Notes: a model not told the origin generated them from the sequence alone. Shown: positions 37,412 through 52,055, counted from the stretch's first letter. The stretch is DNA of 64,000 nt from Tubiluchus corallicola (GCA_030141605.1 JAQGDQ010000219.1:248001-312000), one strand, 5' to 3'. Numbers and translations: made by a program.

Positions 37412-39139
37412 TACGTCGTGCAAACGCAGCTACGACACTTTTTTAAACATGGAGTTGACTGTACGTTTCTAGCATTGTGTAGATAATCGGAAAGTGACAC
37501 ATGCAGTAGTGCCACAGATGTATCAGTATTTTACGATGAACTCACTTAAGAACTTAGTTGCCTCTTGCTTAATTAGTTGTAAGATCGTTTGGTCTTATTG
37601 TTATAGACACGTAAATTTTTCATTAAACGACGTAGAACCATCATAAGCATAGGTATGGTACGTTAAAGAATCTGAGATTATTCACTTTTTATGTCATATC
37701 CGAAAAAATAATTTTGGCGTTAGCAGGAATAGTATTTGCAAAATAATAGGATGAATTATTCTGCAAATGATTATTAAAGCGGATGGACGAGAGCTCCATC
37801 TCTTAATTTAGTTTAGTACCACACCACATCTCAAGTCTCGCTGATTATGAGCTAGCTATCAGGTAAATGTGAAAATACAGTTTTGTTTAAATTGCACTAG
37901 TCGCTTAGCACAAAAACCAAGGCAATACTGTATACCATAGAGGTCTGTTATGTACTATTGTCCGTCTGTTGGTATTACGTGTGAGCACAGTTATACATAT
38001 AAAGGGTTTCATTTTTTGCCAGCTGTTTGATGTAAACTGCTTGGCTGTATAGTGTATAATCAGTTTTGTAATTTTTGTGACATTAGACTAATTATGTTGA
38101 AAAGACTAATTGTCTGCTCTGTGAATAGACCAACTAAAGGATATGTAATGGTTATTGAGTTAATAGTTATATAGTTAAACTAATGCAAGTTTGTTAAAAT
38201 TTAATATGCAATGTTTCATTAAAATTTACCTGTTAAACAACAAGAGTCTAGTTTGATCTTATTTTCACAACCATCAGAAGGACACTGTAAAAACTGTAAT
38301 AATATTATTTCTGTCTTTATATTCATGTTCATATTTCATAATATATTGAACAAATTCAAACATCATACCAAGCAGTTACAATTTCAAAAATGAAATATTC
38401 TGACATTATTAACAATCAACTATTCTACCTTGTAACGAGTACTGTATGCAGATCTGGGCAGGTGCCTTAGCATAAGAGAAGCAGCCTTTCTTTATGCTAA
38501 GGATTTAGAATCGGATATCATTGTCGAACTTTCAATATTCATGATGTGAAACTTTAGTGGAAAGCTGCGGAATAAGCGTTAAACAAAGTGCCGAAGAAGG
38601 TTACGTACGCGGAACATATTGTAACATATTTTTGTAGGTGACTGTAAATAATTTTAAATTATTATAGATTATAGTTTTTGGCACTTTTAGCTTGCATGTC
38701 GCACTAGATTTGCTGAAAGTAGGGCACGAATTTCGGATACTTAGAAATTTTCGAATTTAAATACAAAAGATTTTATATAATTGTTTAAAACAGGAGCTCA
38801 TCTATAGTGAAAATCCAGGCATACATAACCGATCAATAACCGTCGCTTATAAACGTAATTGACAAGCAATTTCTAACAGATGGCGGCACTTTGTTAAATG
38901 GATAGCCGTGAATTTCGTATAGGTGATTGATAGATCGCGCGATAACGTGAATGCAGATGTACTATAAACTAACGGTAAAGTTAATTTATAGTTAAAGGAG
39001 GAATAGCACGAAAATAAAATTTATATTTTCAGACCCAAAACCAGATCCAATCTTAAATTATAGCTCAAAACAGTCTAGATATAAGATATTGAAAGGGGAA
39101 ACGCCCTGTTTTTTCAACAATGACTTTGGTGAAAGAATT

Positions 39140-39235
39140 ATCACCGCAGAAGCGCGACTCTGCGTTAGTTCTTCGACTATCTCGTGTTAAAGTGTCCCCG
39201 TGTCCAAATGTCTCGTGCCCAAATGTTACGCGAAC
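39140..39235. repeat. solo arm with 15-bp units (cgtgcccaaatgtct-like), related to the 22.6-24.1 kb element
   Basis: gtgtccccgtgtccaaatgtctcgtgcccaaatgttacgcgaac. Confidence 0.45.
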
Positions 39236-41370
39236 AAATTTAGAAGGCAATACAAATTTAGCAGCGTACTCAACGAGGAATGGCGGTAAAGGCCTAGCTT
39301 TCGTAATGCTTAAACTTGTGAATTCTTTGGAAATCTCAAGTAATTTAAATGCTTATCCTATTGTACTGCGAGTATGGTGTACTATGAACTTAACTTAGGG
39401 TTACTGCACATTTACGCAGCATGGCCTAATGGCTCATAATAATGTTTAATTTTGTATTAAAACACCAACCATAAAGGTTTGATAAGCATGATTAATTATT
39501 TGCAAATTATCATTGATTAGAAACTAACTGATTTCATCGTTTGTTGGTCTCGAAAAGGTTTGTGTGATATGAAAATAATGTTTATTAGAAATTTGTCGAA
39601 ATTATTGTTGGTGTTTTTACTTTGGATTTCGTCTTCAATGCAACTATATTTATAATCGTATTTGTATTATAAGAGTGGTGCGAAATGACAGGAAATGGTG
39701 CGTTTACTTTTAGGCGTCACCAATATCCAAATAGGTGGTTTCTATCAACAGCTTTTGAAATCAGTAGTTCAGCTAAAGAACGCCTTTTAAGTTTTAAGTT
39801 AAGAACGTCTCATACGTTTCTGGTCAAATCTCAAGTTGGGTTGATCACTCACTTTCGCTTGCGGGAACTTCATGCTTACTTATTTTGGCTGATTAACGTG
39901 CGTTCATGATGACGATTGATTTGATTTATTCACTGTTATCTCAAAATTTAATTGTTATCCAGAAGTTGTGTAAACCGGTAGCTGTTGTACGAGTAGCCTT
40001 AGTACCTGGTGATAATTGTGAGCCGTTGTTCCTAGATTCTTTGAGTACGCCGCATGGTTTTAAATTAGAGCACCTTTTACGCAGTAAATAATAGGCACTC
40101 TAATTTCAAGACTTTGTGGCGCTATCTGGTGACAGAAAATTAAGTGATTGTTGTGCTGTTTCTTACCTGCTCAAGGAATGTTTTATAGTATTGCTCTTTA
40201 AAGTCAGTTAAATTCATCTCTTCATAATATCTTATTTTAGGGTTCTCATGTTTTTTTAATTTCGTAATATTTACAAGTTGCGTAATCAAAATGTTACGTT
40301 ACAAAGTACTGGATAATGCGTGGCTTGGTCACTCTGAAAAGAAACAACTCAAAGTAAATTAATTAGTAAAGTAGAAGCTTTGCGACCGTTTAATAAGCTT
40401 GAATAGATTTGAATAGATTTAGACAAGTTTTTCATAACGCCCTACTTTAGATTGTAATAAATGTATGGAGAACACTGATTGATCACCTCTCCAAAGGTCT
40501 TATATTGTTTACTGTGTGTGTGCGCGCGCTAGCATGTGCGTCTGTGTATGTGTGAGAGAGAATAAATTTCATCAAAACTTCAATTTCGGTACAAGACAAA
40601 TTAAGATCGGAATAGCCATTGTAATAACAAGCAGCTTCTTACTGTAGCTAGATAGTGAAATATCGACAGTTGTGAATACGTCAGACTTTCTTCAATGTCA
40701 AGAAGTTATTTCGTAGGATTTTAGTGTTAGAAACATCAGCTTTTGTTTGAGCTGTAATGAGGATCGATGAGTAAGTAGATAATTTTCACTGGTAAATATA
40801 GTTTTTTTGCATTCAGCGACGTTACTGATTACAAGAAGATCAACAGGGCAGTATGACTTTATTTAATTTGGTTTAACTGACTATTAATAGGTTTTTTGCA
40901 ATTTTTAGTATAGTATTTTTTTTAGTTCTATTCAAAACAAATTTTAACATTAATGGTCGATTTTACATTGGATGGAACTGAATTCCCGATTGGCCGTCTT
41001 TGAAACTGAATAATGTCCATTTACGAAACCTGTTGAACGCTCAGTAGCGGTTTCATTTGTTGTTATTTACTGATAACGTATAAATGCTCATTAGCCGGAC
41101 ACGATGATACCACCGGTATACCGAGTGGAATGGTTGAGAGAATTACAGGTCCAAATTGAAATTTTGAATATAATGTACATGCTACATAGCATATAAGCTA
41201 TATTTATTTGCATCATAATATCTTGCAAAAACACATTTTATGCTTATGATCATACATTTATAAGTTGTATTATTCAAGGGTCTAAAGATTCCTTAACCAC
41301 TGTTTATTATTGTTTACAAACCGTAATTGTTTTCCATTTGTGTTGCTGCTTGAAGAGTTCAGAAGTTGCT

Positions 41371-41375
<5 letters not shown>

Positions 41376-41411
<36 letters not shown>
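41376..41411. repeat. (TA)n microsatellite
   Basis: Seen directly. Confidence 0.95.
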
Positions 41412-41412
<1 letters not shown>

Positions 41413-42777
41413 TGGGTAGTATATAATAGTTGTTGTATGGACAAATAGACAAGAAGTCTTTCTTTTGGTACAAACATGTCTTCTATGTAGATCATTTTAC
41501 ATTTTTTATTTGTATGTTTCCTGATTAACGCCTTTGGCAGCAAATTACAAAGAAAATTTCATTACTCAATTATCTAACATTTTCAAAGTACCTACGTATT
41601 TTTTGTTGCTTATTGATAAAATCTGTATATCTTTTATTGCTACATTTATCACTAAGTTTTGTTCCTGTACATTTCTAAAACAGTTTTCAGATCTGCATAA
41701 ATTGATGTAGCATTTTTGTAAAAACTTGTTGTGAGCATTATCATGCATAATTTTTTATAAACAGTAGTTATTGACAGTTATTAAGCTTCAATGTTAAATG
41801 TCAAGGGACTGTCTAACAAACAGTTGCAAACTCTAAGATTTGTGAACAATATTTTACTAATATATGTTTAACAATCTAGTATGGTCTCTAATTTGCCACC
41901 TGTCACAATCATCTACTCTTGCGTAACTGCTAAACAGTGTTACTCATTTCTAAATGCTGCAAGAAACTGTGCGTGCACTTTGTTCTAAAGTTTAACAAAT
42001 TTGTCGCAATGAAGAGCATTTGTTTCTTTGGACTTAAGTCACCCATAGCATTTTATTAAAATTATAAATGTTTTTTGCTACTTTAATGAAAAAATATAAT
42101 GTAATACGCCCAATCCACACACGATAAGAAACTAGATGCAATTCTGCATTAAAATAGCACATTACATCTTTTCCTTGCAATTCCTCACAGTTTAGGAAGA
42201 TTTGAAAAAGTTTATTTTTGGTTTTTCTTAAAATTACGTGATTAGATTAAATTTTAATAAATGTCATAAGACCAGGGCTCATAGGCCGTCTTAATAGTGT
42301 TGTACATAAGCCATGGACAGCGAATGCACTGGGTCTCATCCCTTCTGCCCCACCCAACTCACGGTAATGCCTTAATGAAAACCAACGTTTAAACATGAAA
42401 AATGTACTGTAAATCTAGTAATAATTGATACAAGCGTTTGAACAATTTTTATATCGTTAGCCACGAAAAACACAGGTATTTTAACATAGACTTGAAATAT
42501 AATTGTTACACTTTATATAGACAGAAATGATACAATATAAATTGTCACTTATTATAGCCAGTACTAGTAATGAGATAAGATTATTACGCTGCCGCGATAT
42601 AGTATTGCTTCGTGATGTTTAACACAAAATTATTATGTTCGCATTTAACTGTATATTATAAGTCTGTAATGGAGAGATTAGATTAATGCTTTTGGACATG
42701 CAAGTTTTTATGAAAAACAATACTGCTGTTACTTGCTAATCATATTTAACAGCAAGTATGCATTTCGCCAGGTGTGC

Positions 42778-44061
42778 CTATGCATCGTAATAATGGTAAT
42801 AGTCAGGGTAGTAATAATCCGCAAAGTCATTCAATACTACCACGAACAGAACAACTACGGTGACAATACAAGCTATGATAGAGATGATGCCACCAACAAC
42901 AGCTGCAATAGTAAGATACTTGGCTTTCTTAGAAGCTTCCCAAGCTGCTGCCATGTTTCCTTGCTGTACATACTGGGACACCTGCAAAAACAATTCGGCA
43001 ATTTTGACTACATCATTTAATGCAGCTGCAGACGGTTTTTTGTATCTGTATATTAGGCTTGAGAACGGTGAACGTTAAAAATTGCATTTGGGCTTGTATT
43101 AATCAGGGTGCCCATATTAGAGCAGGAAGGCAGGGAATCAGTTAACTAACTACCAGGCAAACAAAAATAGGATTAGATTAGATTAGTTTATTTTAGCTTA
43201 AAAGCCATACAAGAAACAAAAATGTTACATCTCACTACCATAAAATAAAAATTACATTAAAATACTACTATATATGATACATTCAGTAAAAAAGCATTCG
43301 CAGCCATGATACATTCAGTAAAAAAGCATTCGCAGCCATCAGGTTTGATGATTGTTATTTGCAAACAGACTGTTGTTCCAGGACCTTGAAATAACAAAAT
43401 TGTGTGATTGGTACGGAGTTGGCAATAGCTAGTAGATGTTTATTGTTCGCAAGTGCTAGTAATCGTTTTCTTATACTGTAACATGTTTTCCTGTAAAGGC
43501 GCGAAAAATGTGGCAATGTTAAATTTGCAAACATTCCAGAAGCACTACAATCATATGGTAACTTAAATAGCTTTCTGATACCATTGTTATACGTAGCGCG
43601 TATTTTGTTAAAGAATGTACTGTTAAAGAATGTGTTAAATAAGTACCGTTTTTGCATAAAAAAGCTCTATGAAGAGCGCTTTCTATCACTTAGTTCTATG
43701 AAAAAATTGCCGTCAAAGTATAATGGGTAGTAGCCCAATTAACAACGATGTGCACTTTTTTAAATGCGGTAGTTAGAAAGATTTTTCATTATTAATTATT
43801 ATGACACATATATGTAACTAAATATGGACTCTTGCATAGGCGCTAAGCTGGAAATACATTAACTAAGTAATGTCGGCTTTTGTTAACAAAATTTCAGTTA
43901 TCAAACGTCACAAGAAGCACAAAAATTTAGCCACCCAAAGCCTCTTTCCTTAGTAGTGAGATATTCTAGTGAGATATTTGATTTGACATTTAATGGAATT
44001 TTTTAAAGTTAATTTTTAATATCTAAAGTAAGTTTCTATTATAAACAAATCAATTTTGAAT

Positions 44062-44111
<50 letters not shown>

Positions 44112-46365
44112 GTTAATAAATGTTTATTAATTAATAATATAAAAAGTTATTTAAGGTTAAAGATTGAATTTCACTTTGACGATCTATAACTTAATGCTCG
44201 TACGTAGTCCTAGGCTGACATTAAGTTTAGAACGATTTTTAATATATTTGATGACATGGAACTATTTTAACTATTTCTATTGCTAACACTGTAAGTTTTG
44301 ATTATGTTTTAAACTAGGAAAGCAATTTTAAGTTGTACACTTATCCTACATTCTAAAATTAAGACTTACCGACATGGAATAGCAAATAGCGAAAATTCCA
44401 ATCAGCGGACAGCAACAGAGGCAGGCCAAGATAGATTCGCAAAAATATTCGGGAGGAGTTCCTTGTGTAAGTATTACCATCCCAGTCTCTGCAAGCTAGT
44501 GTGCCAATTGAGAAATAATTGTACAAAAAGTGCTGACAGAAGATAAATAGCTAAGTTAAATTGTTCTACGAACGAATACTGCACATTTATCACACATTGC
44601 TGTATACAACGAAAGCTTGCAAAACATTTTGCGTAATCAAAATTAACTAGTTTACAATGTTTTTGACGTGGTCAGAAACTGAAAATTTTGGAACAATAGT
44701 TATAAAATTGAGCCTCAAAAATGAAGAGACGACAGCTTTTCTTGAAAATACTTATTTTCTTTTATTGAATTCACCTTGCTTGAATACATGGAAAGTGCAT
44801 TTCACAATGAAACCTCAGCATTTAATTGTTCAGCGCATCACCCACGGGTTAAAGGTCAACAAATCTTGGCATAACTTATATCATTCAGTTTGTCTCATTG
44901 ATACCTTTCATTTGATATGCAACAAGCTACTTTTGGTAGACCCTGGAAGGCATTTCCCTAGCCGTCAGCATGTAAAATGTCACAAACTGGGGGACCCCAA
45001 ATTTGCATTTTGGCCCCTCACTCGGATGTTCAAAACTTGCCAGCTTGTTAAAAGCCCAAGTACCTGCCCTACTGGGGTCAGAGATCAATCAGTCTTCGCA
45101 TAACTTATTCCATTCGGTTTGTCTCATCGAGACCTTTCGTTTGATATACTACAAGCTAGTTTCGATTGACAATGGAAGGCCCTTGTCTCCTCGACCCCTA
45201 TTTTGGCCCGTAGCGGGGTCGCGGGTTAACGATTCACACTGTAACCTATACCATTCGATTCGCTTCATCAAGACTTTTCATTTGATAGTCTGCAAGGTAC
45301 CATTGCTCAACACTCGGTGCATTTCAGTTTCCGATCCCCATTTTTCGATTTTTGTCCCCTAGCGGGGTGGTGGGTAAGCTATTCTCATTGTAACCTATGC
45401 CATTCGATTCGTCTCATCAAGACGAATTTGGTGTGCTACAAGGTACAATTGCTCAACACTTGGTGCACTTCTGTTCCAGACCCAATTTTTCAATTTTTGC
45501 CCCCTAGCGGAAAATTTTGCTATACGCGCACGTCCCATACTTTGCAATGTGCAAGGCCACGCACCACATAGCAAAATACCAAATATTACCGCCCTAGCTC
45601 AAAAACTATGGGAGCAGATGGATCAACTACGGGAGCAGATAGATCATAAAGAAATATAAATGAAGATCCGCCCGCTCAATGACCTTTTACCCGGCAACTC
45701 CGGTCACATGTACACATAGATAACTTTGCCCAAAGAGTGTATCCTGTGAGTTTTGTGTAATTGGGGGACCCCAAATTCTCCATTTTGGAACCTCCCTCAG
45801 GCGTATAAAACCTGTCAGCTTTTAACTAGTCAGCCTGTCACCTATGGGTCAAAGGTCAATCAATCTCGGCACGAACTTATGTCATTTAATTTGTGTCATT
45901 GAGACGTTTCATTTGATATACTACAAGCTAGTTTCGGTTAACACCTAAAGACATTTGTCTTCTCGGCCCTTATTTTGCCCCTGCTAAGGTCAGACGTCAG
46001 CCAATCTTAGCATAACTTGTACCATTAAATTTGGCTCGCTGAGACCTTTATTTGATACCCTACAAGCTCCTTTTAGTCGACCCTGAAGGCATTTGTCTCC
46101 CGACCCCACTTTTGCCCCTAATGGGGTCACAGGTTGACTATTTACACTGTAACCTATACCATTCGATTCGCCTCATCAAGACCTTTCATTTGATATGCTA
46201 CATGGTACTATTCGTAGACACTCGACGCATTTCTGTTCCCGACCCGACCCCTACAAGGTACCATTGCTTAATACTAGATGCCCCGCCCAGGGCTACCAAT
46301 CCTGCGAGTTTCGTGATCCTAGCTTACAAGGCTTACGGCTCATTAAGCGTTAAAGTGGCGGAGAA

Positions 46366-46457
<92 letters not shown>

Positions 46458-48058
46458 AACTCAATGAGAAACAGTAAGATTTTACTACAGCAAAATTTGA
46501 ATAATAACTCAATGAAAAATGACAAAATCTTAATTAAATACTTATAGAAATAAGCTAATAATCAGCTAGGGAACGATGCCAATGCTCGTACGACACAAAC
46601 ATTGATAATATGATGTACCTATGCCACTACCAGTGCCTCATCTCGAAAGATTAATCCTTGATAATAGGATGACTTCTGTCCTGTTACAACCGTCTACATG
46701 ATGTACGCCCGCTGTTGAGTGCTGGATTACAGTTTGCTGATTGCTCGATTTCATCTATGTACATATGCATACATACATACATACACACATACATACACAC
46801 ATACATACATACATACATACATACATACATAAATACATACATACATACATACATACATACATACATACATACATACATACATACATACATACATACATAC
46901 ATACATACATACATACATACATACATACACACACACATACATACATACATATATACATACCACTTTTGCACCATTTTATAACCAAGAAGCAACAAGCGGC
47001 AAAAAATTCAAATCACTTACTGGCGGTTGCTGGATCACATCAGTTGTTGGTTGTATTTGCCAAGCTTGTTGTTGAGTTGTTCTACTGTATGTTGGTGGTG
47101 GGCCTGGGTGAACTGCGTCTAAAGCTAAAGAAAAAATAGCGCATTTTAGTACAAAATTATCAGTTTTTTGGCCATACGACAGCTAGCCACATTCTCATCG
47201 ATTTAACCCTTTCATATCCGTTGTATCCCATGGGATACGAGAATATTCTCTGCCTTTAAAATTAATAAAATTTTAAAACTGGCAGTTATTTGATCTGTTA
47301 ATAGTTATTTTGATTTAAGCCAATAACAATAGACTAAAAATGGTGGTAAAACAGCAAACTAAAAAATCTACATATCACAAAAAACTGCGCAAGGTACAGT
47401 ACTTTAGAGACGACTTTGTACAGATCAGCATAGCATGCATACTGAATGTCTTAAATACTTTAAAAAATTATCAGCAGTTGCAAAATGAAGCACATTTTAT
47501 GCTTCCATTGAATCCCAATGTATCCCGAGGGATACAGGCTATATTTACCACGCGGGCACAGGCAGAAAAAAATAATTATTATGTGTAAACAAGATGGACA
47601 TACTAAACAAAAGTACCAAACCAAAAAATTTTTTCTCATTAAAAAATAATTTGGGACTGAAAGGGTTAAATGAACGTCAAGACTTCCGCTTCGTATTAAC
47701 TTTACAGATTTCTTGCAGACCTTTGCCATATGCGTAGAGCTGATTAGTTCCAAATAATCAATTTGATTTATTAGATTTTCTGGATAATGATTATGACGTT
47801 TAAATTTGGAAATAATATAATTTACATTCGTGCATATAGTACAGGGCAAATTAAAAGTTTGTAGAAATTCACAAATTTGGATGACGTTTGGAGACAGACG
47901 GCAGATTCCAGTACAGTGTATTGGGTAATTTTAAAAGCATGTGTGAAACCAACATTTCAAATTGACAGGCAAGCTCGCTACCCGTAAAAGAAAGACAAAT
48001 ACTTACCTGGCAAAACCTCGTGGGTCACCAGTGCAGCTTTATCTTGTATTGGATTCAT
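42778..48058 (-). CDS. CD225/dispanin-family (IFITM/PRRT/SynDIG-like) membrane protein, 4 exons, ~161 aa
   Basis: Exons 48058-48007, 47124-47021, 44495-44370, 42981-42778 (GT-AG, 486 nt). CD225 signature PPEYFCESILACLCCCPLIGIFAICYS-x-V...GNMAAAWEASKKAKYL, followed by a long TM helix. The N-terminus is Pro/Gln-rich with PPTY. The exon 3 acceptor was chosen by phase and is the least certain. Confidence 0.85.
43168..43640 (-). mobile_element. 5'-truncated LINE 3' end in the last intron of the CD225 gene
   Basis: KIRATYNNGIRKLFKLPYDCSASGMFA resembles the ORF2 C-terminus of CR1/L2-group LINEs. It ends in AATAAA plus a (CTAAT)n tail and contains a perfect 32-bp tandem duplication at 43274-43337. 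Confidence 0.7.
44068..44108. repeat. (TA)n microsatellite
   Basis: Seen directly. Confidence 0.95.
44810..46500 (+). mobile_element. HINE-like element with ~140-bp internal tandem repeats, an (ATAA)n tract and a 3' hairpin
   Basis: Seven copies of aac(c/t)tataccattcgattcgcctcatcaagacctttcatttgata (~44870, 45099, 45240, 45389, 45873, 46011, 46148). Core agtttcgtgatcctagc, (ATAA)n at 46364-46458, and imperfect palindrome gattttactacagcaaaatt at 46479-46498. Confidence 0.7.
46768..46960. repeat. (ATAC)n microsatellite
   Basis: Seen directly. Confidence 0.97.
47207..47665. mobile_element. piggyBac-type MITE (459 bp) in CD225 intron 1
   Basis: TTAA|CCCTTTCA...TGAAAGGG|TTAA, with TTAA at 47203-47206 and 47666-47669. 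Internal palindromes gtatcccatgggatac and gtatcccgagggatac. Confidence 0.85.
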
Positions 48059-48129
48059 CCTTTTAATAAACGTGTAACGTGTAAAAACGAAATTAATTAT
48101 TTTACACAAACCAGGTGTGTCCTAAATTA

Positions 48130-48146
48130 TTTCTGTTTCGTGTTTC
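48130..48146 (-). promoter_or_regulatory. ISRE/IRF-like motif upstream of the CD225 ATG
   Basis: The minus strand reads GAAACACGAAACAGAAA, which contains GAAANNGAAA, ~70-90 nt upstream of the ATG. Confidence 0.3.
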
Positions 48147-48554
48147 AAAATTTACGCAGCTTTATGTGGATATGTACATAAGTCCAAAGTACAAGTTTAA
48201 GCATTTTATTATATCACCTCTTTTTTCCATACAATAAAGTGAACTCACGTAGATCAACAACCGAGTGCAGAGTACAATATTGTATGTAGAAACTACTCGT
48301 ATGTGTTGCTCAACACCAGTATCAGCATACGATCACATGTAACCCAAGCATTTGCTTAAATGTACATTAAAATTTGATTGATGTAAACAGATTTGAATAG
48401 TTTTTTAATTGGCAGTAGTATTCTCCCATAGTGGGAGTGATGCGGTTGGGTGCGATTAGGAATACCTATATTTTTGCTCTTAAATGACGTAATATAATAT
48501 GTACTTTGCCTGTAAAATATGAGGAAGATACTGCTAATACACTATACTGCCACT

Positions 48555-48851
<297 letters not shown>

Positions 48852-49180
48852 GTGATGTAGTATTATTTAATTATACTCAATGTGTAATCTATGTGAGAGA
48901 AACATGTATCGCATTTTTAAGAAATGAAATAGTACATTAACTAAGTCAATGTTATATATACTGTATAGGAACTAGATTCTAAATTTGCGTATAGTAGATT
49001 ACTGGCCACTTCCAGTATTTGAAATCCTTTAAACATTAAAGAATGAGGCGTTTGATGAAACCACGCTAAAAAAGAATAATTAACAAGACATAAAAGAGTT
49101 TACGTGGGGAATTCGATATCCATGGTTTAATTGGAAAATTTAAATTGCGGTCACGATTAATTGGAAGTATGACTGGATGC

Positions 49181-49350
49181 ATACGGAGCCCCCGAAGGGA
49201 CATGGTAAAAAATGTTAATTTGTATAATCCGTGCCCACAAAATACAAATTCGTGGCCACGAAATACTAATCTGTGTGCACGAAATACTAATCCGTGCGCA
49301 CGAAATCCTGGCCACGAATTAATACAATCATGCGCACAGATTCAGATTAA
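49181..49350 (+). mobile_element. left arm of a non-autonomous DNA transposon with 21-bp subterminal repeats
   Basis: Starts atacggagcccccgaagggacatgg, followed by tandem cacgaaatactaatccgtg(c/g) units. Inverted units lie at 51125-51215. Confidence 0.55.
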
Positions 49351-49576
49351 TGAATGACAACTGCTGCAAGGAGCTACACCTCGCCTCGCTTTATATCAGT
49401 TTTATGAAAAGTTGAGTTAAACTAGATAATGAGATGATGTGCACGATACCCGTGACTAATTGCGTCCTGCTTTCAAATTTTGGCTTCCAGCTCAAGCACT
49501 TAAACACTTGCAGCTGAACTCCTACATCAGGTTTCTAACAATATCTATACGTGCAAATTTCTAAGATGGTTCTATA

Positions 49577-50375
<799 letters not shown>

Positions 50376-51124
50376 AAAGTTTAAAATGTCTCCTATATCG
50401 CCTAAGCGTTTATTATACTAGTTTCTCGCATTGAATATTTGATGCATATTGTCATAATGCTCAATGCCTAATACTATAGTACCCTTATTAAGTTAAATCT
50501 CACATTACTCAGGCCGATTTTACTGTCTACTGAAGATACATTTTACTGAAAAAAGGATAAATCAATCTAATAGTGCCATCTCTTACTAAATATTGTACTA
50601 AACTTAGTATTATATTATATAGTCAAAACAGATTTTTACTTAGAATCACGCGCATTGCATAACTAATGTACTGTGACTAGAATGATGTCAGAACAGTTTA
50701 CAAAATCAGTCATATCTTTCTTTGAAAGCATTTGTACTGGGGTAAACACCGTGTACAGGCAAGTTATTCCACAGATAAACATTTCTGTTACTAAAAAAGA
50801 AATAAACCTTAAATTATGCATTCTATTAGATACAAGAGCAAAACAGAGTAAGTCATAACTTAGATACATAAATATAAAAAACATAGGGGCTTGCAAAATG
50901 TTATTGTTTTCAATTAATTTTCAAGTCTTTTAGATGCAGTTGAGATTTGATACAATGATAATAATAAGAGCAGCAACAAAAACGACAATAATAATATTAT
51001 TATAACTTTATTATGTTAGCCATTAAAAGTTTGCCATTTTGTAAGATTTGTCATTGGATTGAAAAACGCACATAATCACTAATCAATCATTTCTTCTTCG
51101 AAGGAACCATAAAACCCAAGTGTA

Positions 51125-51215
51125 AATTAGTATTTCATGTGCACGGGTTAATATTTCGTGGCCACGGATTAGTATTCCGTGTGCGCATGGATTAGTAATT
51201 CGTGATTTAGTAATT
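51125..51215 (-). repeat. inverted copies of the 21-bp unit (right-arm remnant)
   Basis: ttagtatttcatgtgcacgggttaatatttcgtggccacggattagtattccgtg. Confidence 0.6.
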
Positions 51216-51409
51216 TCAAAAGATGCGTTTTATAAGCGTTACAATCACCTTTGTATAAGTCGAAGTCTACAGCACTTTTCCAAAACCCTACCTGTGTACC
51301 GAAATTTCAAATTCCGGAAGAATTGCTGGATCACGTTATATTTGATGATATCTGCCATTCATTTTGTGCGATACTGGTTTTAGCCAGGCAATCAACTTCA
51401 AAGTTACTC

Positions 51410-51605
51410 GGGTAGTTAGTGAGTTAGTCAGTCAGTCTTTCAGTTAGTCAGTCAGTTAGTCAATCATTCAGCCAATCGGCTAGTCAGTCAGCCAGTCAAT
51501 CAGTGAGGAATGGGTGTGTGAGTGAGTGAGTCAGCTAATTAGGCAATCTCTTAGTCAGGCAACCAGTCACTTAGTCTTAGCAAATCAGTTCGCCAGTTAG
51601 TCAGT
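51410..51605. repeat. degenerate (AGTC/AGTT)n tetranucleotide repeat
   Basis: Seen directly. Confidence 0.75.
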
Positions 51606-51722
51606 AGCACGGCCAGTTGGTCGAGCGGTCTATCACTAGATTTATCAATTAATATTTCTTTATGAACACGTTTTGCTTAAAAACTGAGACAATAATTACA
51701 GGGGGCAACATTACGCAGTAGC

Positions 51723-51960
51723 TTCCTGGAATCAAAGCTTAACAAGAACACTTACTGTTTAGCTTAACGAGTCAGGGTCGCTAGTTAAACGGTCTTTTCA
51801 CAAGCTTTTGTCTGTAATACAAATGTTTCGGAAGCCGGTTTTGGAGTTCTGTTATTTCCCGGTATTCAAACTCGTGGTCGCAAATCACGACCCGGTCACA
51901 GACCATTAAACTTTTGCTTATAAGATATACAGAAGATCGACACTGGACAGTGATCATTCA
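51723..51960 (+). promoter_or_regulatory. candidate peroxidase promoter with GAS element, TATA-like box and initiator
   Basis: TTCCTGGAA (51723-51731), TATAAGA (51919-51925) and Inr-like TCATTC (51954-51959), ~100 nt before the ATG. Confidence 0.4.
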
Positions 51961-52055
51961 TTGTAAAGCGTGTAGTCGTGTTATCGCCGGTATTGAAATC
52001 CCAGAACTGTTCACAAGTGTTGTGGGCGCTGTGCTGCGAAGGGACTCCTAAAAGC

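Noticed and set aside
39930-40220. Possible small minus-strand gene (MNLTDFKEQYYKTFLEQ|GTAAG)
   Set aside because: One good donor, but no convincing downstream exon chain or recognisable protein.
44810-46350. Repeat-spacer pattern resembling CRISPR, and ORFs 44657-46372
   Set aside because: The sequences between the conserved cores are homologous to each other, so these are diverged tandem units of a HINE-like element. The ORFs are incidental.
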